A stretch of DNA of 64,000 nt from a virus. This document shows, piece by piece, positions 57,122-64,000 of the stretch (its first letter is position 1; every line of letters begins with the position of its first letter). Both the position numbers and the translations under genes were made by a program. The stretch lies in the IMG/VR virus record IMGVR_UViG_3300025273_000046; one strand, given 5' to 3'. The notes under the pieces are model-generated. The model was not told the origin of the DNA and ran no database searches. It saw only the letters and a program-made list of their open reading frames with translations.

Positions 57122-57599
57122 TGCGCCGGACATCCAGGCCGCGAGAGAGGACTCGGAAGGAGCCTTCGCTTGCAGCATCAGCGAGCTAACAGCAGAACTT
57201 ATGAGAGCGTCTGCGGGCGGCGGCAATACATGGAGGATTGCTGGCCTTTTATGTCAGACGCTTGATGCGATTGATAAGTATCAAGAACTGCATGGCCATG
57301 GATTGCCGGGTTATCTTGTGTTGCGAGCACTTGATCCAGATGTATCGTTCCGCCGGAAAGACCCGGAATCCTATACCGAGCAAAGATTGGCTGAAATCAA
57401 CAAAGAAAAGGATACGAACCGAAGCGAGAGCGTAAGAGCGAGCTGCGTGAAAGCGATCGTAAATCGAGCGCTTCAGGTGCGGGCATCCAAGCTGATCGGA
57501 CAATCGACCCAGGCGACCCTCGCCGAGCGAAGAATGCATGACGAAATTCGCGATCTTGAAGACATACGAAACAAAACTCGCTTCGGATGGGGATCGTAG
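57114..57599 (+). CDS. Hypothetical protein (lower GC)
   Basis: Overlap coupling, SD GGAG. Confidence 0.6.
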   Translation: MTNAPDIQAAREDSEGAFACSISELTAELMRASAGGGNTWRIAGLLCQTLDAIDKYQELHGHGLPGYLVLRALDPDVSFRRKDPESYTEQRLAEINKEKDTNRSESVRASCVKAIVNRALQVRASKLIGQSTQATLAERRMHDEIRDLEDIRNKTRFGWGS

Positions 57600-57602
57600 C
57601 CC

Positions 57603-58655
57603 ATGTCTGATGGCACCAAGATCGAATGGACCGACGCCACATGGAACCCGATCACCGGTTGTTCCGTCGTCTCCCCCGGCTGCACCAACTGCTACGCCAT
57701 GAAGCTCGCAGGCACGCGCCTGCAGCATCATCCAAGCCGCACCGGCCTGACGAAGGATACAAAGGCCGGCCCGGTCTGGACCGGCGAGGTGCGCTTCAAT
57801 GAGCAGTGGCTGGACGAGCCGCTTCGCTGGAAGCGCCCGCGGATGATCTTCGTCTGCGCCCATGGCGATCTCTTCGCCGAAGGCGTGCCGGACGAATGGA
57901 TCGACAAGATCTTCGCCGTCATGGCGCTTGCCCCGCAGCACATCTTCCAGGTGTTGACCAAGCGGCCGGAGCGGATGCGGGAGTATCTGACAGGCGGCCG
58001 GCGCGGAGGGCATCTCTTAGTTGCCGCTCAGCTGCAGTTTAAGTTCCCCATCCCATCGCCCGCCCCATGGCCGCACATGCCATTGCCGAACGTCTGGCTC
58101 GGCGTTTCGGTCGAGGATCAGAAACGCGCCGACGAGCGGATCCCGATCCTGCTCAACACTCCGGCCGCTATCCGCTGGATATCAGCCGAGCCGCTTCTTG
58201 GGCCGCTCGATCTGGACAAGGATGGTGCCGTCAACATGGATTCCGGCAGAAGCTATCTGCGCTCATGGGGCAGAAACGACTGGTATTCTCGCGGGCTCGA
58301 TTGGATTGTCGCCGGCGGCGAGAGCGGCGTCGGCGCTCGCCCGATGCATCCCCACTGGGTCTATGCGCTGCGCGACCAATGCGCGATCGCCGACGTCCCC
58401 TTCCTCTTCAAGCAGTGGGGCAACTGGATCATCGCCAGCGAAGAGAACGGCCATACCGACCGCAGCATGGCGACGAACGATGCCATCTGGCTCGACATCG
58501 ACGGCCGCCAGGCCAAGCCAAGCTGCGACGGCATGAGCGAGCCGATCGGCATGTTCCGCGTCACCAAGGCCCGCGCCGGCCGCACGCTCAAAGGCCGAAT
58601 GCATGACGGCTTTCCGCCCCTTCCCGCTCATTTCACCAAGGAGGCCGCAGAGTGA
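57603..58655 (+). CDS. Phage Gp37/Gp68 (DUF5131) radical-SAM-like protein
   Basis: TKIEWTDATWNPITGCSVVSPGCTNCYA, LTKRP, SAEPLLG, GGESG and FLFKQWG motifs. Confidence 0.92.
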   Translation: MSDGTKIEWTDATWNPITGCSVVSPGCTNCYAMKLAGTRLQHHPSRTGLTKDTKAGPVWTGEVRFNEQWLDEPLRWKRPRMIFVCAHGDLFAEGVPDEWIDKIFAVMALAPQHIFQVLTKRPERMREYLTGGRRGGHLLVAAQLQFKFPIPSPAPWPHMPLPNVWLGVSVEDQKRADERIPILLNTPAAIRWISAEPLLGPLDLDKDGAVNMDSGRSYLRSWGRNDWYSRGLDWIVAGGESGVGARPMHPHWVYALRDQCAIADVPFLFKQWGNWIIASEENGHTDRSMATNDAIWLDIDGRQAKPSCDGMSEPIGMFRVTKARAGRTLKGRMHDGFPPLPAHFTKEAAE

Positions 58656-59122
58656 CGAAGCCGAAGAAATTGCCGAGCGACGAGGTCCTGCGCCTGCTGG
58701 TCGCCGAAGGCCTGACCCGCGCCCAGATCCTGCAGCGCTACGAAGTGCATCGCACGACGCTCGGCAACAAGCTGATCGCGCTGGGGCTTGCCGAAGCCGT
58801 CGCCAAGGCGCCGGGCGAACGGCGGGAGTTCACGGTCGAGGCGGTCTCGCAGCACCTGAAGAACGGCATGAGCTATTCTGATATCGATCGCCATTACGAC
58901 CGGTCGATCGGAAGCGCCTGGTGCTTCTGCCGCAGCCGCGGCCTTATCCCCGAAATCCCCAACACTGAAATCCGCGAGGACAAGGTCATCGTCGGCATCA
59001 CCACCACCGCGACGGACAAGAGCGGCAGTGCCCGAACCGTCCGCATGGCGATCAGCCTGCCGCCCGTCAGCATGCATGTTGCCGAGCGCCTGCAACCCAG
59101 CGAAGCGATGGGTGCAAGATGA
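58652..59122 (+). CDS. Hypothetical protein with HTH-like repeats
   Basis: GTGA coupling. Confidence 0.65.
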   Translation: MTKPKKLPSDEVLRLLVAEGLTRAQILQRYEVHRTTLGNKLIALGLAEAVAKAPGERREFTVEAVSQHLKNGMSYSDIDRHYDRSIGSAWCFCRSRGLIPEIPNTEIREDKVIVGITTTATDKSGSARTVRMAISLPPVSMHVAERLQPSEAMGAR

Positions 59123-59529
59123 AGGTCACCAACCAGGACCGCGCCAACATCCGGCGAATCTTCTCAAAGGTTCGTGAAGACACCGATCGCCTGACTGCCG
59201 CGAAGGTCGGCAGCTCGGGCGTCAAGACCCATCCGGATATCGACAAGATCATCGCTGCGCAGAATACCCTGCGCAAATGCATGGAAGTCGTCTTCGAAGA
59301 ATGCATGCCATACGACGAGATCTTCTGCGGCGAGATGGCGGTACGCCTGGCGACCTATGCCATCAGCGCCGTCCCGATCGAGCGGCACGGGCTTGTGTTG
59401 AACGCCGTCATCGAGGGCCTGCCGGCCGCACTTGCAAGGCGCGTTCGTGAGGGCATCGCCATCCGGACGGAATGGGAGACCGACGGCGTCAGGCACGCGA
59501 ATATCCCTCGCAAGGGAGATGTTCAGTGA
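59119..59529 (+). CDS. Hypothetical protein
   Basis: ATGA coupling. Confidence 0.65.
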   Translation: MKVTNQDRANIRRIFSKVREDTDRLTAAKVGSSGVKTHPDIDKIIAAQNTLRKCMEVVFEECMPYDEIFCGEMAVRLATYAISAVPIERHGLVLNAVIEGLPAALARRVREGIAIRTEWETDGVRHANIPRKGDVQ

Positions 59530-59960
59530 CAGCCAAGCCCATCCGCCTACAGCTATCACGCCAGAAGGGCTTCAGCCTTCAGGCCGCATCAAGAGCCGCA
59601 AACGGCCTCGATGCCATCAAGGTCGACCGCACCTCGCCCTTCGGCAATCACTATGCCTTCAGCAAGGATCCGTTCGCCAAGCCGGCGCTATGGGATGTCT
59701 TTTGCCACGGCACCATCGTCAAGAGCTGCCCGACGAAACAGGAAGCGGTCGAATATGCGGTCGCGTGCCATCGGGCCGAGGTCAGCTCGCCCGGCCCCCA
59801 TAATCACCGTCGCATGTACGCCGTGCCGACCCCGGTCGATATCGCCAAGGCGCTGCGCGGCTTCAACCTCGCCTGCTGGTGCAAGTCCGGCGAGCCCTGC
59901 CACGCCGATATCCTTCTCGAGGTCGCCAACGCTCCGCTTCAGGAGATCGTATCGCGATGA
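59526..59960 (+). CDS. DUF4326-like protein
   Basis: RLQLSRQKGF, VDRTSPFGN and LRGFNLACWC....CHADILL motifs. Confidence 0.85.
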   Translation: MTAKPIRLQLSRQKGFSLQAASRAANGLDAIKVDRTSPFGNHYAFSKDPFAKPALWDVFCHGTIVKSCPTKQEAVEYAVACHRAEVSSPGPHNHRRMYAVPTPVDIAKALRGFNLACWCKSGEPCHADILLEVANAPLQEIVSR

Positions 59961-60448
59961 TGATGAAAGCCCTGACCGTCTGGCAGCCATGGACGAGCCT
60001 GATTGCGATCGGCGCCAAGCCCTATGAGTTTCGCGGCTGGCGGCCGCCGGCATCATCGATCGGCCAGCGCATCGCCATCCACGCCGGAGCCAGGCTGATG
60101 AAGCGCTCCGAGGTTCTGGCGCTGCGCATCAATCTCGCCCGTCCCGGCAGCTACCCAACGCCCTGCCTGAAACCCGATCTCGCGATCCCGCTGCTCGACC
60201 GCATCCTTGAGCAACCGAAGAGCGCCGTCCCGACCTTCCTGCCGCTTTCGCACGTGCTCTGCACCGCGATTGTCGGCGAACCGAAGAGCGGCGAGGAATG
60301 CGCCTGCGAATTCGGCGACGACGCCGGCAATGACAGCGATCGCGAAGGCACCTTCAATTGGGGCTGGCCGCTGACCGACATCGAGATGCTGGAGCCGCCG
60401 GTTCCGGCAAGCGGCCTGCAGGGCCTGTGGAACTGGAGGGGCGCATGA
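59957..60448 (+). CDS. ASCH/PUA-like domain protein
   Basis: MKALTVWQPWTSLI..G.K..E.R.W, IAIHAG and G.QGLWNW motifs. Confidence 0.85.
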   Translation: MMMKALTVWQPWTSLIAIGAKPYEFRGWRPPASSIGQRIAIHAGARLMKRSEVLALRINLARPGSYPTPCLKPDLAIPLLDRILEQPKSAVPTFLPLSHVLCTAIVGEPKSGEECACEFGDDAGNDSDREGTFNWGWPLTDIEMLEPPVPASGLQGLWNWRGA

Positions 60449-60642
60449 CCGTCCACGTCCGCAAGCTTTCCGGCCGCCCGCTCCTGCTCGCCCAGCGCCG
60501 GCGCGAGATCGTCCTGCCGGCCAAGGTGGTGACGATCCGCCGCGTCGTCGCCGGCGACCACGGCGGCGTCGCCGATCGTCCCTTTTCGCTTCCCGGCATC
60601 AGCATGTTCGTCGCCGTCCTGAAGGAGCAAGGCCGATGCTGA
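60445..60642 (+). CDS. Small hypothetical protein
   Basis: SD GGAGG; coupling. Confidence 0.5.
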   Translation: MTVHVRKLSGRPLLLAQRRREIVLPAKVVTIRRVVAGDHGGVADRPFSLPGISMFVAVLKEQGRC

Positions 60643-60854
60643 AAACCGATACCACCGCCGGCACGGCGCGCATCGGCTGCGACAGCTGCCCGACATCAAT
60701 GGAATCCGTCATGGACGCCGATCCCCGCGCCGCGCGCGAAAAAGCCGTCCGCGTCGCCAAGATCGCCCGCTGGCTGATCGAACGCCACGCCGGCAGCTGG
60801 CAGCATTTCTGCCCGGACTGCCGCAAGTCGCGGGAACGAGGGAGCTTGCTATGA
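60636..60854 (+). CDS. Small Zn-binding protein
   Basis: CDSC...CPDC. Confidence 0.65.
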   Translation: MLKTDTTAGTARIGCDSCPTSMESVMDADPRAAREKAVRVAKIARWLIERHAGSWQHFCPDCRKSRERGSLL

Positions 60855-61102
60855 GCAAGGAAGCCCAGAACAAGATCCGTGACCTGATCGTCGAGATGAT
60901 GGCCGATGGCGTTCGCACCCATGTGTTGACCGCGGTCGAGGCTATGGCCGCATGCGGCGACGCGTGCGCAGCCATTATCGGCACCATGTTGCCGCATGCG
61001 AACCATGCCGAGGCGCTTGAGATCATCATCGAGAAGTTACCGAAGCAACTCGCGGCTCACGCCGCACAGGCGGCCGCCTATCGGAAGGCGAGGTCGAACT
61101 GA
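60851..61102 (+). CDS. Hypothetical protein
   Basis: ATGA coupling. Confidence 0.6.
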   Translation: MSKEAQNKIRDLIVEMMADGVRTHVLTAVEAMAACGDACAAIIGTMLPHANHAEALEIIIEKLPKQLAAHAAQAAAYRKARSN

Positions 61103-61578
61103 TGAGACGGGGACCAATCGAAGAGATATTCCCCTGCGGCACGACCGGCTTGATCGCCTGCGGCAATCGCAACCACGACAGCTGTGATCCTAGCACGTCG
61201 TTGGCCGACTGCGTGGTCAATCGACCGAAACCTTTCCGGCTCGTCGTTTGGGAACCGCTCCTGACCAAAGCTCCGGGACCGTCACTGGCGCAGCCCTGGT
61301 GCTGCTACAGCAATTCCATCATCTTCTATCACCGGCCCTATATTCCTCAGCTTCGCAAGGCCCGTTGGCGCAATGCGGCGGGCCAGCTGATCACCACGCG
61401 AGGCGGTTTCGAAGAATTCGATAAGATCGAATCGCGCCTGGCATGGGACGATATCGTCGAGTTTGAAGGTGAGCGCTTCAGCGTCGGCGGCGGATCGGTA
61501 CGCTGGGCCGCCGAGGACGGAGGGCGCCGCCGTTGGTGGATGATGCGCCACGCTCGGCGGGTGGAGATCCGCACATGA
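61102..61578 (+). CDS. Hypothetical protein
   Basis: TGATG coupling. Confidence 0.55.
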   Translation: MRRGPIEEIFPCGTTGLIACGNRNHDSCDPSTSLADCVVNRPKPFRLVVWEPLLTKAPGPSLAQPWCCYSNSIIFYHRPYIPQLRKARWRNAAGQLITTRGGFEEFDKIESRLAWDDIVEFEGERFSVGGGSVRWAAEDGGRRRWWMMRHARRVEIRT

Positions 61579-62138
61579 CCCTCGACCTTTTCAAAACCGA
61601 AATGCAGATGTTCGCCGCGATCTCCGATTGCACCCTCTATCGCGACGAGCTGCGCCGCCTCTGGGATAGCACCAAGCCCTTCCTGGTCGTCTGCATGCTC
61701 AACCCGTCGGACGCCGATCATCTGCGCAACGACCCCACGGTCCGCGTCCTCATCTGGTTTGCCAAGCTCTGGGGTTACGGCGGCCTCATCATCGTCAACC
61801 TTCACGCCTGGCGCTCGCCGTCGCCAAAGGAGATGATGCGCGCCAAGGACTCGATCGGTCCGCGCTGCAACGAGTTCATCGACGGTGCCTTCATCATCGC
61901 CCGCTATCAGAACACGCCCGTTCTGGCCGCATGGGGCAACGGCGGCGATTACCTCGGCCGCGACAAGTGGTTCATGCACCGCGCCCGTCAGCAGCTCGTC
62001 GACCTCGTTTGCCTCGGCCTGACGAAAGACGGCTTCCCCAAACACCCGATGGCCCGCGGCGTTCACCGCATCGCGCGCGACCAGCAGCCGATCATGTTCC
62101 AGAACGCCAGGGAGATAGTCCATGAACAACCGTTTTGA
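61575..62138 (+). CDS. DUF1643-like protein
   Basis: AAISDC..YR..L.R.WD, MLNPSDAD...DPT, AAWG and PKHP motifs. Confidence 0.88.
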   Translation: MTLDLFKTEMQMFAAISDCTLYRDELRRLWDSTKPFLVVCMLNPSDADHLRNDPTVRVLIWFAKLWGYGGLIIVNLHAWRSPSPKEMMRAKDSIGPRCNEFIDGAFIIARYQNTPVLAAWGNGGDYLGRDKWFMHRARQQLVDLVCLGLTKDGFPKHPMARGVHRIARDQQPIMFQNAREIVHEQPF

Positions 62139-62739
62139 AGAGGCCGAGCGTTACCGACTTCTCGCCCGCCATTACATGAAGGCTCTTGGCAAAATTGCCA
62201 TTGAGGATGATCTCGATGCCGCGCAGCTAATCGCTTGCGAAGCGCTTGGGAGCAATCCGCCGCCGCAGGCGACGGGGACCACCGATCTCATCAAAGCGCT
62301 GTCTAGACTGACCGGCAATCGACATTCTGACGGCGTCTCTTCGTTGGTCAGCCCTGAGGATCGCGAGGCGATCATAAACGGTTGCTACGACTTGATGGTC
62401 GCGTCGCGCCAAGTTCCCGCGCCTCATGTGGTGGAGTGGCAGGGCATGGCGTCTGCGCCTTGCGATGGCACTCATATCCTCGCCATCCTCTACCGAGAAG
62501 CTAGTGATGATCCGGACGGCAAGCGGTGGCCTGCCTTCAGTGAAATGCGCGAAATCTGGTTCAGGCCATATCGTGCATTTGGCATGGATTTGCCTTGGCA
62601 CGCTGGCGATCCATTCGATGATCCGAGCGGCGCAGGCTCGGAGCATATGGGCGAAGGCGTCCCGATCGCATGGCAAGTCCTTCCATCTGCCGATGTCCGC
62701 GCCCTTGCCGCCACCGCAACGAAGGGCAGCGACGAATGA
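62122..62739 (+). CDS. Hypothetical protein
   Basis: Coupled; C-terminal WQGMASAPCDGT..L...PIAWQVLP resembles DUF551-type modules. Confidence 0.6.
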   Translation: MNNRFEEAERYRLLARHYMKALGKIAIEDDLDAAQLIACEALGSNPPPQATGTTDLIKALSRLTGNRHSDGVSSLVSPEDREAIINGCYDLMVASRQVPAPHVVEWQGMASAPCDGTHILAILYREASDDPDGKRWPAFSEMREIWFRPYRAFGMDLPWHAGDPFDDPSGAGSEHMGEGVPIAWQVLPSADVRALAATATKGSDE

Positions 62740-63020
62740 AAATATCTCTCGAAGATATCCAGTCCGCCTTTTTTGGTGATGACGTTCCTCGGAAAAACAT
62801 CGCTCTGCGCAAGGCGCACGATGAAATACAGCGGCTCCAAAAGGCGCTGAAGGACGTAACCAATCCGATCGAATACCTGCGCCGACACGCTGAAGCCGAT
62901 GGCAACAAGCTGAACGGGATGGCCTATTCTGTCGCCAGCGATCTGCACTTCGTTCAGAAGATTGCACGCGATGCGCTGGATATGAGCCCACCCCCTCCCT
63001 CGAAGGGGAAAGCGTCCTGA
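62736..63020 (+). CDS. Hypothetical protein
   Basis: ATGA coupling. Confidence 0.6.
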   Translation: MKISLEDIQSAFFGDDVPRKNIALRKAHDEIQRLQKALKDVTNPIEYLRRHAEADGNKLNGMAYSVASDLHFVQKIARDALDMSPPPPSKGKAS

Positions 63021-63529
63021 TGGCAACCGAGGCGGAAAAGCGCAAGCTCGAGCGGATCCGCGAGGACCTTGATCTGGTCGGCGCCGATTGGGCGATCGAG
63101 GCCGGCGGCACCGACCTCGCACTCGTCGTGCGCGACCCGGCCGACGACACACCCCGCACGATCGCCGCGATCGCGGCCGACGCGCCCTTTGTCTTCCAGG
63201 ATTTCCTGATCCGCGCCGGCGAGCGCCAGCAGTTCCTGCTCGACATGCTCGACCGCTGCAGCCGCGCCTATCGCGAGCTTGCCGGCAAACAGCCAAAACC
63301 GAAGCGCTATGCCGCCGAATGCGCGATGAAGTGCAAAAGCGACCAGGCCTTCCGTCAATACCTGATCGAATGCCACGAGCTGCGCGATGCCACCGACTTC
63401 GAGCGCATCAAGACCCGCATGCATTCGATCCTCAATGTTCACTCACTGAACGAATTGGACACCGACACGGCCGCCGCGGCGCGCTGGAACTCCCTGCGCT
63501 CCGATTTTGAGAACTGGAGACGCCGATGA
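63020..63529 (+). CDS. Hypothetical phage protein
   Basis: TGATG coupling; YAAECAMKC...F...L motif. Confidence 0.7.
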   Translation: MATEAEKRKLERIREDLDLVGADWAIEAGGTDLALVVRDPADDTPRTIAAIAADAPFVFQDFLIRAGERQQFLLDMLDRCSRAYRELAGKQPKPKRYAAECAMKCKSDQAFRQYLIECHELRDATDFERIKTRMHSILNVHSLNELDTDTAAAARWNSLRSDFENWRRR

Positions 63530-63590
63530 GCCTCTCCCCAAAATGCCCGCACGTCAGCCTCGCCGACGAGACGAATGCCAGGAGAACAAA

Positions 63591-63875
63591 GTGACCGCCA
63601 CCACTGAAACCCACTTCTCCACCCCGTTCCTGCTGTTCGCTCAATATGGCGGCAAGGCCATCATCCCTGTCGAGGACGTGTGCCGCGACTATTTTAACCA
63701 CCTGACGCCAGAGAAATTCCTTCGAAAGGTCGGCACCGGCGAAATAGCGATACCGGTTGTCCGGGCAGAGACGTCGCAGAAATGCCAGAAGGGCATATAT
63801 CTGCAGGACCTCGCCAATTATCTTGATGAGCGCCGGGACGCAGCCCTAAAGGAATTCCGCCAGCTGCATCGGTAG
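63591..63875 (+). CDS. Pyocin activator PrtN-family DNA-binding protein (possible recombination directionality factor)
   Basis: LLFAQYGGKAIIPVEDVCRDYF...IPVVR...QK...LQDLANYLD; SD GGAG before GTG. Confidence 0.85.
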   Translation: MTATTETHFSTPFLLFAQYGGKAIIPVEDVCRDYFNHLTPEKFLRKVGTGEIAIPVVRAETSQKCQKGIYLQDLANYLDERRDAALKEFRQLHR

Positions 63876-63949
63876 AAATGCAAACACGGCTCTTCCCCCT
63901 TAAGTAGAATCATGTCTTTCTGTAGCTCGCGTAGTTGAGGAGCATGTAC

Positions 63950-64000
63950 GTGACTGCAGAAATAGCTGTAATCAATAAATCGGCAATCGCGCTGGCAGCG
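63950..64000 (+). CDS. Start of a truncated ORF (M)TAEIAVINKSAIALAA
   Basis: GTG at 63950 with GAGG 9 nt upstream; runs off the window. Confidence 0.6.
   Translation, partial: MTAEIAVINKSAIALAA

Larger units (their letters stand above)
6141..64000. mobile_element. Temperate siphovirus-like prophage (HK97/lambda-type) integrated in dusA; right end beyond the window
   Basis: Complete ordered head, tail, lysis, replication and cI/cro modules; truncated dusA at the left boundary; PrtN-like gene near the right edge. Confidence 0.96.

Noticed and set aside
6141-64000. Ro60/Rsr (TROVE), RtcB, integrase, Ku, reverse transcriptase (DGR/retron) or Cas genes
   Set aside because: No ORF in the window shows their motifs; the integrase is presumably beyond the right edge.

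Overview
GC-rich alphaproteobacterial (Rhizobium/Agrobacterium-like) chromosome. Bases 1-~6140 are host: the 3' part of uvrB, a GNAT acetyltransferase, an RTX/cadherin-repeat secreted protein, a DUF3828-like protein, rhizobial palindromic repeats and a cspA-family gene. At ~6140 the host dusA gene is cut right after its APMIDWTDR motif. Everything from there to the window end is one temperate siphovirus-like (HK97/lambda-type) prophage of at least 57.8 kb; its integrase and attR lie beyond the window. On the minus strand, in transcription order: cro, cII-like, ParB-like, two receiver-less OmpR/CtrA-like proteins, three DNA methyltransferases (one fused to an SF2 helicase), a replication initiator with an internal iteron origin, a NusG-paralog antiterminator, HNH, terminases, portal, S49 protease, capsid, tail, lysis genes and a left-end cargo region. 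On the plus strand: the cI repressor, the PL early operon and several inserts (hicAB, membrane proteins, LexA-box genes). The most striking observation is a 178-nt intergenic element (10718-10895, minus strand). It folds into two tandem circularly permuted tRNA-like modules (T arm, loop-closed acceptor stem, D arm, no anticodon loop) inside a bulged basal stem carrying a Y-RNA-like GACGAAAG motif. It looks like a double-headed YrlA/Y-RNA-like tRNA mimic with no Ro60/Rsr gene in view. It lies between an unusual phage-domain/FAD-oxidoreductase fusion gene and a small winged-helix ORF whose likely ribosome-binding site is buried in the basal stem. All calls are by eye from sequence motifs; no searches were run.
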